Virus record (IMG/VR): IMGVR_UViG_2588253764_000003
Strand: one strand, 5' to 3'
Length of the DNA: 64,000 nucleotides
Source of the DNA: a virus
Lineage: Duplodnaviria > Caudoviricetes
Position numbers and translations under genes: made by a program. The notes below the pieces were generated by a model. The model ran no database searches and was not told the DNA's origin. It saw only the letters and a list, made by a program, of their open reading frames with translations. Of the stretch, positions 9,442 to 21,405 are shown one piece after another. Positions within the stretch are counted from its first letter, which is position 1; every line of letters begins with the position of its first letter.

Positions 9442-10173
9442 TTACGCAGCATCATTTTCATATTCGCTATCATCGTCATAATACCATTCACAATCAGCAT
9501 AATACTCATGACGGTAATAATCATCTTCACTTCCAAATTCTGGATATGCCTCATCCCAAATATGATCATCAGCAGTTAAAGAGGCAGCGCTATGAACATA
9601 AGAATCGCCAGAGATAAGAGCCCCACAAACCACAGCATCATCAAAAACACGCGAGCCATCACAAATATGAGCAGCGCCGCTTATTTTAGCATTGCCCCCG
9701 ACATGAGCATCATCACAAATAACGGCATCATCACAAATATGAGCATGATTAGTGACGCGGGCGTTATCATAAATTTTAGCATTACCTTCAATTACAACGG
9801 CATTGCTAACATGAGCATTGCCATAAAGCTTTGCATTGTCCTTTAATAACATGCCTTCAAAAATAGCATTACCATAAATTCTTGCATTACCACAAACATC
9901 AACAAAAAAGCTTTTTACTTTAGCATTGCCTGAAACCCTTGCATTTTGAAAGACGCGCGCTTTGTCATACACCCAGCAATTGCCTTTGTGAGATAAGTTA
10001 CTTTCGTTTTCAATATACCCCCCAAGATCGCCCGCTTTGACATCACCAAAATCTCTTAAAGCACGTATACGGTATAATATGAGACCAGTCACAAAATCCA
10101 TTTCGCCAGTAAACTCATATTTTTTAGATGTTTTTTTCTTATTAACGGGGGTAATTTTTGATATATTTTTCAT
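9442..10173 (-). CDS. Hexapeptide-repeat LbH protein with acidic Tyr-rich tail (first gene of array)
   Basis: Same family; tail EDDYYRHEYYADCEWYYDDDSEYENDAA. Confidence 0.88.
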   Translation of the reverse strand: MKNISKITPVNKKKTSKKYEFTGEMDFVTGLILYRIRALRDFGDVKAGDLGGYIENESNLSHKGNCWVYDKARVFQNARVSGNAKVKSFFVDVCGNARIYGNAIFEGMLLKDNAKLYGNAHVSNAVVIEGNAKIYDNARVTNHAHICDDAVICDDAHVGGNAKISGAAHICDGSRVFDDAVVCGALISGDSYVHSAASLTADDHIWDEAYPEFGSEDDYYRHEYYADCEWYYDDDSEYENDAA

Positions 10174-10223
10174 AATTAAAGCCTTGATGTTAATATTGTT
10201 TTGAAATTGACACCCTATAAGGG

Positions 10224-10307
10224 TGTCGGGCGTTCAAAACACGGCATCAAGTCCGTCGTTACACTTTTCTCATAAAGAGTATTGTATGGTGTAACCACAC
10301 CCGACAT
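10224..10307 (-). ncRNA. C4/CI-like antisense RNA (element 1, word CTTGATG)
   Basis: Homologous to 3121-3205; targets TCAAAACA..CATCAAG at 10386-10406 and 10183-10203; TTGACA at 10443-10448 (- strand). Confidence 0.75.
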
Positions 10308-10944
10308 AATCGTTATATGCTAATGTTAGCATAAAAGAAAGCCAGTATTTTAAGAAATGGGAAAGGTTGTTTCGTAACCTACCCGCTTGATGTTTAAGTG
10401 TTTTGATCACTTGATTATTTATATAACAAAATACGTATTTATTGTCAAATAATATTCTATCTTTTTTGATATTTTTTTGTATTTTTTTAGATACGTTGTG
10501 TATTGATAATATCTTATGCTTCTGAATTGCTTCTTTTATATTTATGTGCTTTTAAAGCTATATTATGGGCTTTCTGAAATGATTGAGTTATGTTTTGAAT
10601 CTATACATTTATAATATTTAGAAACGCTCTTATAATGCGTATTTTTATCTTTATAACCTATCAATTTTTTCACTAAATGAATTTTAATTTTTTTGTGAAT
10701 TTCTTTTATAACGCATTTGCAACTTAACAGCTTTTTATAGGGACCGTCTTTATAATCAATGATTTCATTTGCATTATGATTGTAAAACCTTCTTTATAAC
10801 TGTTATCTGTTTTATAGCCATCGCATCATTTTTCATTTTCATAAGAGAAACAATAAATAGGATAATTGCGATTTATAGACTGTTATGAAAATATCTAAAG
10901 AGAGATTGATAATTATAGAGATTAGAAAAATCCCTTTTAATAGG

Positions 10945-11465
10945 CTTTTGTCAGTTGTGTCAGTTTTGTCAGTTCTTTTTAGACCCTCTATTATTTTTTT
11001 AAATGAGAAAAATTAAAAACATTATATATCAATATGTTAATATCTTTAAAACATAACTCATATCAAGAGTACAATCTTTAAAGATAACCCATGATGTGAA
11101 TTGATTAAAACCTGTCAGTTATGTGTCAGTAAATTGAACCGACAAATTAGATTATTTTAGTAAGTCATTAAAACGTGTCTTATGAAAAGTGTATGACCTT
11201 TTAAAACCTTTCAAAAGATAGCTTGTAACTCATAAGAGATGCTATCAAGATCATTAGGTTATGAGTTTTGACGGGGTTTTGAGTTTTGAGGGTTGCTGCT
11301 ATTATGTAAAAAAACGATAAAAATAAAAACATTATATTTCAATGGATTAATATTTTATAGACCTTAAAAAAACAACTCATATTGATAATACAACCTCTAA
11401 ATTCAACCAATAATATACGTTTTGAGGGGGTTTTGACGGTTTTTACACCTTCAAAACCTATAAGT
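10945..11465. repeat. Iteron-like modules (TGTCAGT and GTTTTGAG/G repeats) around IHF-like sites; putative element origin
   Basis: TGTCAGT three times at 10949-10974 and twice at about 11113-11130; TATCAATATGTTA matches WATCAANNNNTTR; GAGTTTTG repeats at 11262-11292. Confidence 0.5.
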
Positions 11466-11709
11466 AATATAAGAAAATGAATATACATAACTCTCTTTAA
11501 ACAAAGCTTTTGAAAACAATAAAGCACTCATTTTAGATTACGGTATAATCTCTTAAAGGCAATGTAAAAAAATCTAATTTTATTTAAGATGGGGTTTCTT
11601 AAAAGTCTTAAAGCAATCCAAAGTAGAGTATCTAAAAGTGCAAATGATTTCTTTTTAGAATAACGCATATAAACACTCCTTTTAAAGATTAGATGTAAGC
11701 AATTTATAA

Positions 11710-11747
11710 AGGGGGTATAGATTATGGTTATAAGCTCTATACCCCTT
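11710..11747 (-). terminator. Hairpin downstream of the Type ISP gene
   Basis: GGGGTATAG...CTATACCCC inverted repeat, conserved downstream of all three ISP genes. Confidence 0.4.
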
Positions 11748-11787
11748 ATGCGTTTATCATACCCATTATGTGAGCATGCTTTATAAG

Positions 11788-14700
11788 TTATTCAGTTTCT
11801 CTTAATACCAAATTTGGTAAGTTTTTTACGATTTTCATTGTTTCTAAACTTACGGTAATAACCTTTTGAAATAACTCTAGAGGGTAGGCAGGGTTGCCAA
11901 CGGTTTCAACAGCATAGCGATTGGCATCATTAACAATACCACTCTTTTTATCAGTCTTTACACATTGACGTCCCATAACCCATTCAAGAGCGGGTTTACC
12001 ATTGACGATATACTTATAAGCTTCAAGAGGGATATCTGTTATTGTGATATTGCTATTATAAATAACAGTGGTTTTATCTTTCTCTTTACCTGCTTTTGCG
12101 AATTTCATTTCAGTTACATAATAGAATTTTTCGGGATTAGAGATCTCTGTTTGTTTTGGATTGCCCTTTTTAAAGGTCACTGGATAAGGCTCTACATCTT
12201 CATAATTCACGTGCAGATGACCCAATTTACGCCCTGCTGTTACAAATTTCCAAAAATCATCAGCATTCTTTACACAAGGGATACGAGGTAATTCTTTAGA
12301 GAGGTTATCAGCATAACGAGAGCGATAATCTTTTGAATGAAGTAAACCGTAAACATAATAGAATAGATCATCTTTAGTGATAGTCTCATTAGGATAAGCG
12401 GCTTTAAAATGTGCTAATCCTTCATCAGTAATGGCATCACGCTTCTGTAAACCAGCTGTTGTGTTTGCTTCTGTAAATAAATGGGATTGGTTTTCACTTT
12501 TACTTTTTGAAACCGAAGTGTCTTCGTAAATATAACGTGGAAAACATTGACCACTCTCTATTGTAGTAAGATTAGGTATACTTTTAGCCATCAAAACAGA
12601 AAAACCACTTCTTGCGCCTATACCTGTAACTTGTATTACCTTATTTTCGACTACTTGCCCCATCGGAAATATACGCGGCATTTGGTAAGTTCTTTCATTA
12701 AAAATACGATTGTAATAGAGCCATTGCTTTGTAAAGGGACGATAAAGACTTTGAACTGAACAATTACTTTCAAATTCGGAAACTTTTCCTCTTACAAACT
12801 CTTCTTTTAGACTACTACTCCAACTGATTTTTTTAGCATCAACGTTAACAAAATTGTCTACAGCATTTTTACGTATCCTGCTATCAACATGCCCATAAGC
12901 ATTATTAAAACGTTCTACTTCACTATTATAGAAAGCAATCGTATTAGTCATATTTTTTGCTAAAACTTTACGGCTTGAATTGTACGCCCAAGCATCACGA
13001 TTGGTTGAAACTCCAAGAGAAAAATTTTCAAAAAGTTTTTTACCATGACCTTTTTTAACACCTAGAGCTAAGAACGCTTTGAAATTTTCATCACGTTGAT
13101 GAATCCAATCACCATGTTCATCCGGCGTAATTGTTTGCCATTTTTGTTTACGCGTAATGCCATCAATACTACCAAAGAACTTGATTATCTTAAGTTTTTT
13201 TGTAGTAGAAAGATTATCTCCAATGTCATGATAGTAAATTTTACAATCTCCAGAAACACTAGGATTTTTGATAAATAGTGTCACAGCAATACCGGTCATA
13301 CTTCCATTGCAAAAAATATTTTCTCCTTCTTGAGCAGTTCCATTGCTTAACATATTTTTACGTATATCCCCTCGTAAATTAAGCACATAAATACTTGTAA
13401 ATTCTTTGGCTAAAGATTTTCGTAAGCCAGCCATTGTCGACTTTTCTATATAACCAGAGCCAGAAACAAAGCCGATTACCCCAGCATTCTCAATACGGTC
13501 GCTTGCCCAGCGTATAGCACGAATATAACTGTCATATAACTTTTGCGTACTAGTTGCTCTAGATTGAGCGGCGTAAGTTTCACCGATACGTTTATTTAAT
13601 ATGGGATAGGGAGTATTCTTTGCATTATCATTTTCATTTTTTTGTCCTACGGAATAAGGGGGGTTACCAAAGATAACTTTAATATTTAGATTTTTCTGAA
13701 GTTCCAAATATTCACTGTTTTCTTTAAACAATTCCTGTAGCAGATTTTTCTCTTCAAGCATCCGAAATGTATCAGTCAAACCAATATGCTTGAAAGGGAT
13801 ATACTCACCTTTCATAAGACTATGATAAGTCGATTCAATGTTAATGGCTGCTATGTAATAGGCAAGCAAAACAATCTCATTGGCATGGATATCATGACGG
13901 AACTTATATTCCATATCCTCTGGTTTGATAAGATCTGATTGTAATAGCCTTGTGATAAAGGTTCCTGTACCTGTAAAAGGGTCAAGAATAGAGACACCCC
14001 GTGAACCAAGGCTTTTTCCAAATTCATTCCGCAATACATCATCAACAGAATGAATGATAAAATCAACAACCTTAACGGGCGTATAAACAATTCCAAGCTT
14101 ATCCGTGGTTTTTTTAAATGCCTTGGCAAAAAAGCTTTCATAAAGTTTGATAATAAGATTCTGTTTTGCATGAGTTTCCGTAATGCCTGCTGTACAGAAC
14201 GTGACACTTTTGTAAAATTTATCAAGATCTTTCGTTTTCTCTTCGATATTGGTTTTATCCAGTTCCGTTAAGATCTTATCCATAGCTTGCGAAATGGCAT
14301 TGTTCTGTACAAATTCATTACCGTCAAATAAAGCTTCAAACACGGGACGCGTGACAAGATGTTGGGCTAACATCTCAATCGCTTCCTCTTTTTTGATTTC
14401 ACTGTTGACGTTGTTCTTTAATTCCTTATGAAAGGCATCAAAAGCATGAAAGGCTTCACTCTTTTCATCGGAAATCATATCTTTAAGATGATTGATATGG
14501 TTTTGAGCAATCTCAGCAACATTGTTCGCCCATATGCCCCAATAATCCGTGATTTTAAAACTATCCAGAAAAATGGCTTTGACAAAATCAAAAAATTCAG
14601 AACGGCGGAATAAGTCTCCTTGTCCTCCAGATACCGGTTGAGATTTTCTTTCTGCTGTTCCAATGGTATGCCCAGAACTTTCTGTTTTTGATGGTATCGA

Positions 14701-16746
14701 GATCTCATCAACCGTTGTGGTAAGCTCTTTTAATTCATTGGCACGCTTAATTTCTATAATCTCAATCGTATGGCTGCTATCTTGTCCTAAAGACATTTGA
14801 TTAATCGTCCGTGCAAGTCTCTCATCATGAGAATGTAAAGCATCCAAAACTTGCCAAACAACACGGTATCTCTTATTGTTTTTTAAAGCCTTTTTGGCTT
14901 CTAAGTGTGAAGGAATGATAATAGGTAAAATGATATAGCCCGTTTTCTTATTTGGAGCACGACGCATCACACGCCCCACCGCCTGTATCACATCCACTTG
15001 GCTATTGCGCGGGTGTAAAAACATGATGGCATCAAGAGCAGGGACATCAATCCCTTCAGACAGACACCGAACATTGCTTAAAATCCGACAAACGTTTTGA
15101 CCCGTATCTTCTTTAAGCCAATCCAATTCCTCATTGCGTTTTTTGACGCTTTGCGTTCCGTCGATATGTCTTACTTCACAGTTCAAAAAAGGAACGGTTT
15201 GAAGGAAATCATCAATATGAGATTTGATAATTTTATTGAAGAGCTTTGTAATATATTGAGAGGTGTTGATATCTTTGCAAAAAGCTAAAGCACATTGCAT
15301 GGGCTCTGTATCATCATCATCGATAGCTGCTTGCTTATCTATTTTAGTCAGTGCTCTATAACAGCCAATAATTTTTGCCGCATCATCTAAATCAATTTCA
15401 CGGTTTTCATTGGCAATAATCTCCTGTATGGCTGGTGTGATATAGGTTTCATTAATACCCAAGACCACAATCTTGTAAGGAGTTAAAAGTTCATTATCGA
15501 CAGCTTCCGCGAAGGTATAATGATGGAGTTGTTTTCCAAAAAGCGTTTCGTCATCCATAGATGCGAGAACGGCATTAATCTCATCAGCGCGCCTTTTGGC
15601 AGTGTCACTAAAGATACGAGGCGTTGCTGTCATATACAAACGTTTCTTGCCTCGAATAATGCTGTTATCGTGAACCTTGATAAATTCGGATTCATTGTCT
15701 TCATTTCCCAATGAAGCCCCAGTGGTTCTATGCGCTTCATCGCAAATGATCAGATCAAATTCGGGTAAACCATGATCCTTTTGCGCATCCGAAATCACTT
15801 GGATAGAATGGTAAGTTGAAAAGACCACGGTCATTGCATCGGCTAGGTTTTCGCAAGCTTCTTTGGCAAGGGCTTGTGCATCTGTGGTAGCAGGGAGAAC
15901 AAGATCTGATGTTTCCATGCCAACGATATCCTCTTGGTTTTTACGACGCTTGCCTACTTTCGTATCCGAACACACCGCAAAGGAACGCAACGAGATTTGT
16001 GCATCGGCTGTCCATTCACGGATTGTTTGCGAGACTAAAGCCAGAGAAGGAACCAAAAACAAAACACGCTTGCCTTTCCCAGCAAGGGTTTCTGCTATCT
16101 TCAAACTGGTGAAAGTCTTCCCCGTACCACATGCCATGATCAGCTTGCCACGGTCTGCTTCTTTTAAACCTTCACAGACTTTCTTGATGGCTTCTTCTTG
16201 ATGGGGACGAGGCTTTTTTGTTGATTTCAGAACCACTTCTTTTTTTGTTGCAAATATTTGCCAATCTATCCGACTGTTTTCCATATGACGAAGGTCAATG
16301 CGATAAATGGGTATCGCTTGTCCTTTAATCATGGCATTCACATTGTCACTTAATTCCACTTCCGTGCTGTCAACGAGAAGACGATATTTAAAGATGTCTT
16401 TTCCAGATGCCGCGATAAAGCTATCAATATCCTTTTTACTGATCTGATGATCTGCTTGATAAAACTTACATTGAATAGCGACATAGCCCTCTTGATGACG
16501 AAGCTTGGCAACCAGATCAATGCCGATATCATTTTTATTCCAATCTTCACGTTCTTTCGCCCATTCATAATAGCTCTCAACTTTTTCATATCGCCCATAA
16601 TGGAGAGGGTCATGCATAAGATATTTTGTCACAAAATCTTCAAACACTTTCCCCCGTAGAGCATTTGATGTTGCCTGTTCACGATAGGATTGTAAAAGGG
16701 AGCGTAAAGTGACGTGTTCATGATCAGAGTTAACATATTGCAGCAT
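11788..16746 (-). CDS. Type ISP restriction-modification enzyme (LlaGI/LlaBIII-like: Mrr nuclease, SF2 helicase, N6-adenine MTase, TRD)
   Basis: IDLVA..IQCK nuclease motif, MACGTGKT, DEAH, QAVGRVMR, DPFTGTG and GNPPY motifs in one 1652-aa chain. Confidence 0.92.
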   Translation of the reverse strand: MLQYVNSDHEHVTLRSLLQSYREQATSNALRGKVFEDFVTKYLMHDPLHYGRYEKVESYYEWAKEREDWNKNDIGIDLVAKLRHQEGYVAIQCKFYQADHQISKKDIDSFIAASGKDIFKYRLLVDSTEVELSDNVNAMIKGQAIPIYRIDLRHMENSRIDWQIFATKKEVVLKSTKKPRPHQEEAIKKVCEGLKEADRGKLIMACGTGKTFTSLKIAETLAGKGKRVLFLVPSLALVSQTIREWTADAQISLRSFAVCSDTKVGKRRKNQEDIVGMETSDLVLPATTDAQALAKEACENLADAMTVVFSTYHSIQVISDAQKDHGLPEFDLIICDEAHRTTGASLGNEDNESEFIKVHDNSIIRGKKRLYMTATPRIFSDTAKRRADEINAVLASMDDETLFGKQLHHYTFAEAVDNELLTPYKIVVLGINETYITPAIQEIIANENREIDLDDAAKIIGCYRALTKIDKQAAIDDDDTEPMQCALAFCKDINTSQYITKLFNKIIKSHIDDFLQTVPFLNCEVRHIDGTQSVKKRNEELDWLKEDTGQNVCRILSNVRCLSEGIDVPALDAIMFLHPRNSQVDVIQAVGRVMRRAPNKKTGYIILPIIIPSHLEAKKALKNNKRYRVVWQVLDALHSHDERLARTINQMSLGQDSSHTIEIIEIKRANELKELTTTVDEISIPSKTESSGHTIGTAERKSQPVSGGQGDLFRRSEFFDFVKAIFLDSFKITDYWGIWANNVAEIAQNHINHLKDMISDEKSEAFHAFDAFHKELKNNVNSEIKKEEAIEMLAQHLVTRPVFEALFDGNEFVQNNAISQAMDKILTELDKTNIEEKTKDLDKFYKSVTFCTAGITETHAKQNLIIKLYESFFAKAFKKTTDKLGIVYTPVKVVDFIIHSVDDVLRNEFGKSLGSRGVSILDPFTGTGTFITRLLQSDLIKPEDMEYKFRHDIHANEIVLLAYYIAAINIESTYHSLMKGEYIPFKHIGLTDTFRMLEEKNLLQELFKENSEYLELQKNLNIKVIFGNPPYSVGQKNENDNAKNTPYPILNKRIGETYAAQSRATSTQKLYDSYIRAIRWASDRIENAGVIGFVSGSGYIEKSTMAGLRKSLAKEFTSIYVLNLRGDIRKNMLSNGTAQEGENIFCNGSMTGIAVTLFIKNPSVSGDCKIYYHDIGDNLSTTKKLKIIKFFGSIDGITRKQKWQTITPDEHGDWIHQRDENFKAFLALGVKKGHGKKLFENFSLGVSTNRDAWAYNSSRKVLAKNMTNTIAFYNSEVERFNNAYGHVDSRIRKNAVDNFVNVDAKKISWSSSLKEEFVRGKVSEFESNCSVQSLYRPFTKQWLYYNRIFNERTYQMPRIFPMGQVVENKVIQVTGIGARSGFSVLMAKSIPNLTTIESGQCFPRYIYEDTSVSKSKSENQSHLFTEANTTAGLQKRDAITDEGLAHFKAAYPNETITKDDLFYYVYGLLHSKDYRSRYADNLSKELPRIPCVKNADDFWKFVTAGRKLGHLHVNYEDVEPYPVTFKKGNPKQTEISNPEKFYYVTEMKFAKAGKEKDKTTVIYNSNITITDIPLEAYKYIVNGKPALEWVMGRQCVKTDKKSGIVNDANRYAVETVGNPAYPLELFQKVITVSLETMKIVKNLPNLVLRETE

Positions 16747-17277
16747 ATTATAACAGAGCTCCGTTTTGGTATGAGAGGATTAATTCTTTTCAAAAGAATC
16801 AAAATGAAGCTTATTAAATCTATTTTGAACGAATTGAGAAAAAATGCAGAAAAATGCATAAAAACGGATAATTTTTTTTCAAAATGGTTTTTTAAAGGTT
16901 GTTTATCCACAGCTTATGACATGGAATAAGATCAGCAAAGTAGTAAAATTTGCTATTCGTTTCACGGGTTAATCAAGACAAATGCGCTATGGGCTTTAAA
17001 ATATCAGAATGAGTATTTTGATAGGTTTTGTCTGTTCTTAAAACCCCCAAAACCCCTACAAAACCCCTTTTTATATATATCATAGATTGTATTTACTGAT
17101 TGTATTTAATATAGGTTGTTTCTTTAAAACATTAACATATTGAAATATAATAACTTTTGTTTTTGTTTAAAAAAATAAAATAATACGTACAAAAAGCCCC
17201 CCCAAAACTCATAATGGGGAGTGCTTTGAAGAGTTCACTGTTATATTGTTAATGTTCTATAAGATTTCCAAATTGCC

Positions 17278-17710
17278 TCAGTGTGATGTTTTATGGCTTG
17301 TCACTAAGGGATTCCATTCATAGCGTATGGTAGGGCGACCGCCTTGTGAGCTCTTGTCTCCAGAGATTTCACGAATATAGTTACAACGGCATAAAAGCTC
17401 TAAAGCTTGCTTAACGGCTCCATTATCTTTGAAACATTTCCAATCACGTTTATAAATATCCCTTGTTGTAAAAACATCGGGTAAACAATCACAACGTTCG
17501 ACAATTAATTTTGCCCCCTCTGTTGCTAAGCTATCCGCCGCCGCATAGAGCCTTTTGACATGACTTAATAGATAACTTGTCCAACGCAAGGCTGTTGTGA
17601 TGGCATAGGGTCCAATTTCTAAACGACCACCGTCAAGAAGTTCAAAAATCAACGCAAGGCTTGCTATGGTCTTAGGCATTTTTAAAAGATGCGATTGTAA
17701 ACTTTCTGAG
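17278..17710 (-). pseudogene. DUF3987/YfjI replication protein, 3' remnant
   Basis: Nearly identical to the C-terminus of 34875-36362; the 5' part is replaced by unrelated DNA. Confidence 0.8.
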
Positions 17711-18132
17711 TGAGCCCTCCATTATGATTTTTTATTAAAGGAAAAAAATAACAGTAATCATTTCAGATTTACACAATGAAAGAAAACTTTTTAGTTTTTC
17801 TGTTAGTGATGAAAATGTATTTCAAACAATAATGAGTATGTTTTCAATTAATTTAAGTGATCCATAATTACATTTCGAATACGAATTTGGTATATACAAA
17901 AATGACTTTAGACTTAGCTAAATATTGCTATGAAGAATACAAACAGAACTAAGAAAATGAGAAATAAAGATTTTTTTGATTTTATGAAGAAAGAAATAGC
18001 ATGACTAATATCCAGTAGAAATATTTCGTTTGGTAGTTTTGCCCTTCAAAAAAGCTATATAAACGAGAGATTTTCATTTAACCATTATTTTTAAAGATGT
18101 GTAAAAACCTTTGTTATAAGTACTTTATTGAG

Positions 18133-18555
18133 TTAGAAATCTATACCAATAGCTTTGGCTTGCATTTTTTCGTAGAGTTTTTGCATTGCCTTGATATTTT
18201 CTCTTCGCACATCAATAATCGATTTTTCAATAGATGTTAAACGCGCTTTGTCCAGATTTCCTAGTCGTGTATAATGGGATGCCATCGCTTTCCGTGCTTC
18301 ATCATAAGGCAATCCGCCTTTTCGGTGCTTTGATAGACTATGTCCCCTATTTATCGCATCATATTTCTCAGGATTGGAAACTAGTTTTATGTGATCCTTA
18401 ACAACACCTATTTCAATTAATGCTGTTTCAAGGCTACTAACCATAGCTTTACTATTAGCATACCGAAGCAAATCATCCTTTATAAAGTCACTTTCCGTAT
18501 CAATAAGCAATGGTAAATCACCATTTTTACCAACATCACGAATATGATCACACAA
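18133..18555 (-). CDS. Hypothetical protein (start uncertain)
   Basis: The frame stays open upstream to about 18665 without an ATG; coupled to the upstream gene. Confidence 0.55.
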   Translation of the reverse strand: MCDHIRDVGKNGDLPLLIDTESDFIKDDLLRYANSKAMVSSLETALIEIGVVKDHIKLVSNPEKYDAINRGHSLSKHRKGGLPYDEARKAMASHYTRLGNLDKARLTSIEKSIIDVRRENIKAMQKLYEKMQAKAIGIDF

Positions 18556-18649
18556 ATTATTTCGTACATTGTGTAATTTTTGAGATACTAATGTCTTTTC
18601 AAGGTCTTGTACTAGTACACTTTGTTGTAAAAAAAGCTTTTCTAATTTA

Positions 18650-18955
18650 TCAGAAATGATGACCTCCTATTACAACCCCTTTATCTAACCAGTCTGGACC
18701 ATATTCCTCATCAGCATTCTTTGTAGAAAAGCCCATATCACGAATAAATTGTGCTCCACGTTGATGTCTAAGATGTAAAAGTGCATGTGCTGGATATTCA
18801 GCCATTGCTAACCACTCCCACGTTGTTTTGCTATCATTCGCCTTAGAAGCTGCTTCTGCCTCGACCATATAGATACTGTTTTGAGGGAGACCACCTGCTC
18901 GTAACTCCTCACGTTCAGCATCAGTCATATAACTTTTGGGTAATTTCTTTTGCAT
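18650..18955 (-). CDS. Hypothetical protein
   Basis: 101-aa ORF with an AAAGGA RBS. Confidence 0.65.
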   Translation of the reverse strand: MQKKLPKSYMTDAEREELRAGGLPQNSIYMVEAEAASKANDSKTTWEWLAMAEYPAHALLHLRHQRGAQFIRDMGFSTKNADEEYGPDWLDKGVVIGGHHF

Positions 18956-19162
18956 AGGAAATTCCTTTCTGTAATCTGTCTTAAAATACTAATCTAATGG
19001 TTAGATCTGATCAATCAAATTTCCTATGAATTTTTCAATTTGTTGTTGAAATTAAATAAAATATCTGTTTTTATCTTTGATCATTTTGATTTTTTGTATA
19101 AAAGAAAATTATCGTTTTTTCTGATACTAATGTATACACTTAATTGACGTTCTTTATTGCAC

Positions 19163-19420
19163 GTGACACAATTTTATGCATACTTACGGATTTCTCCTGA
19201 TGGACAAGATACAGAAAATCAAAAACTTGGATTGTTAGAATAAGCTAACAAAAATGGTTTTGCTTCACTCCATATTGAATAGAAACTGTAAATAGAAGGA
19301 AAGCTTAGTGCTTTAATCGAAAAAACAGAGCAGGGGATTGTTATTGACATTTGAGTTTTTTGTATAGCCGATTTTCTCTTAATGTTTTAGAACTTCTTAA
19401 AGATGTTAGTGAGCGTAATT
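19163..19420 (+). pseudogene. Degenerate serine recombinase (resolvase)
   Basis: Reads VTQFYAYLRISPDGQDTENQKLGLLE*, the YxRxS..Q catalytic motif, followed by stops. Confidence 0.6.
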
Positions 19421-19652
19421 TATAAGGTAAGCCAATTTATTAAGGGATAACAGCCTATCATCATGAGCAGGGCAATGAGCAAGTCCATAACGCCCATGCC
19501 AACCTCCACACAAGGCATGTGTAATACCCCGCGCATTCTTAAAAGAACACATCATTTTAAATCCTATAACGTTGCGTCACAGGACGGATTGTGCTAGCTC
19601 TAAGGTGATGAGTTTGAGAAAGCCTTGTCCGTCCTTACGTGACAAGGTTTTT

Positions 19653-19853
19653 TTATGCCACGTCGTTATAACGTTGCTGTTTCGCTTGTTCGATTACATT
19701 CAAGAGATCCGATTGTAACCAACGGGATAAAAAACCAAATTTTAAAGGTTTTGGGAGAGAGCCATTGGTAACATGACGGCGAAAAGTTGAGACACTCATA
19801 TGAAGCAATTTTGCACTTTCACGGTCTGTTAAAAGAATATCATTTTCTGTCAT
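19653..19853 (-). CDS. AlpA-family excisionase / regulator
   Basis: 66-aa wHTH, SVSTFRRHV..GSLPKPLKFG..SRW; next to the integrase. Confidence 0.85.
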   Translation of the reverse strand: MTENDILLTDRESAKLLHMSVSTFRRHVTNGSLPKPLKFGFLSRWLQSDLLNVIEQAKQQRYNDVA

Positions 19854-20061
19854 TCTAAAATCCTTTCATAATAAAAAATAGAACCAAATCATGCCTATTT
19901 ATTAAGCACATTTTGGTTCATTTTTGAAGGTATTTTATTTATAGAAAACAATATTTTATCATACAATTTCTGATGTGATAAATTATGAGTCTTATTGAGA
20001 AAGAATGAGAGAGAAGAGAGAGAAAGTTATCCACAGATCATGGGGTTATGCACCCCATATT

Positions 20062-21228
20062 CTAAGATTGACCAGTGACATAAGCCGCCCATTTATCCAT
20101 ATAGACACGGCGCTGTTCTAGATAGTCAGTACGACGATAGGCACGCTCTACTTGTCCTCCGACCGTATGACTTAGAATAGTTTCAGCGACCTCATAGGGG
20201 GCATCGGTTGTTTCAGCAAGCCAATCGCGTAAACTAGAGCGAAAACCATGGGGGCAGGCTTCAATTTTATTTTTTCTCATGTAAAGATACATACACTTCT
20301 CAGCAAGGGGACCGCGACCTTTAGCAGAAAAAAAGAAATCATTACGAGAAAGCAAGCGCGCTTGTTTTAAAATTTCTAATGCTTCAGATGATAAAGGCAC
20401 ACGAAATTCTGTTGTAGCATCACGCTTTCCTTTCATATTTTCGGCAGGAATAGTCCAGATATCATCTTCAATCTGATCTTCACGAATATGACGTAAAGGA
20501 TTTGTGCGAACGCCTGTCAGAATAAGCAAACGCAAAGCCAATTGTGTCATAGTTATTTTTTGACAAAGTGTTTTATAAAAAGCGGGCACATCTCTCCAAT
20601 CCATTGCAGGTAAGTTTTTTATTTTATGGCGTTGTTTACCTAAGAGAGCGCGTGCTTTTTCGGTTGCCTGTAAATCAACATCCAACCCTAAGGCAGCCGC
20701 ATGTTTGAGACAAAGATGAAGACGATTAAGAGCTCTATAAGCAGTTCCAGCTTTTGTATGCCAAATAGGGGCAAGTGTATTGCGTATCTCTGTTTGGGTA
20801 ATCTCAGAAACGGGCAGACAGCCTAATTTGGGGAGAATATGAAGGCGTAATGGTAAAAACCAACTTCCATTCTTACCATCATTTTTTAATTCAGATTTCC
20901 GACTTTCAAAAGCATCTAAAGCAATGTCTTTTAAATAATGGAGATTGCTTATTGCCTCACGCTTTTGTTTCTCACGTTCTTTAATGGGGTCACGACCCTC
21001 ATGCAAAACAGAACGCCATTGATTTGCTAATTCACGGGCTTTTTTTAAAGAAACGTTTCGCAACGCACCCAATCCCATTTCGCGGCGCCGACCATGAATG
21101 GTATAACGGTAAATCCATTGAGCACCTCCATCTTTACGCTTGTGAAGTAACAAGCCGGCACCATCATTATATTTGCCAGCCCCCAATGTTGCGACAGATC
21201 TTGCATTAAGACGGTTCATAAGAGCCAT
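20062..21228 (-). CDS. P4-like tyrosine integrase (element 1)
   Basis: Arm-binding N-domain (DGAGLLL..GRRREMGLG); catalytic GVR, K, HGFR, H and AY residues. Confidence 0.95.
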   Translation of the reverse strand: MALMNRLNARSVATLGAGKYNDGAGLLLHKRKDGGAQWIYRYTIHGRRREMGLGALRNVSLKKARELANQWRSVLHEGRDPIKEREKQKREAISNLHYLKDIALDAFESRKSELKNDGKNGSWFLPLRLHILPKLGCLPVSEITQTEIRNTLAPIWHTKAGTAYRALNRLHLCLKHAAALGLDVDLQATEKARALLGKQRHKIKNLPAMDWRDVPAFYKTLCQKITMTQLALRLLILTGVRTNPLRHIREDQIEDDIWTIPAENMKGKRDATTEFRVPLSSEALEILKQARLLSRNDFFFSAKGRGPLAEKCMYLYMRKNKIEACPHGFRSSLRDWLAETTDAPYEVAETILSHTVGGQVERAYRRTDYLEQRRVYMDKWAAYVTGQS

Positions 21229-21405
21229 TTTTAAATCCTTTCTTATACAAATTTGATCCACACACTCATCCCACTTGTTATGTGCAAATGAGTGGTTTTG
21301 ATTGATTCAAGATAAACAGATTTGAAATGAGAGAATCCTACGTTATTCTGGTCTTTAATTCCATATGAATAATGCTAAATTATCATTATAAATCAATATC
21401 TTGTC

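Noticed and set aside
7042-10173. Diversity-generating retroelement as the source of LbH variation
   Set aside because: No reverse transcriptase in the window and no evident template/variable repeat pair with adenine-specific changes
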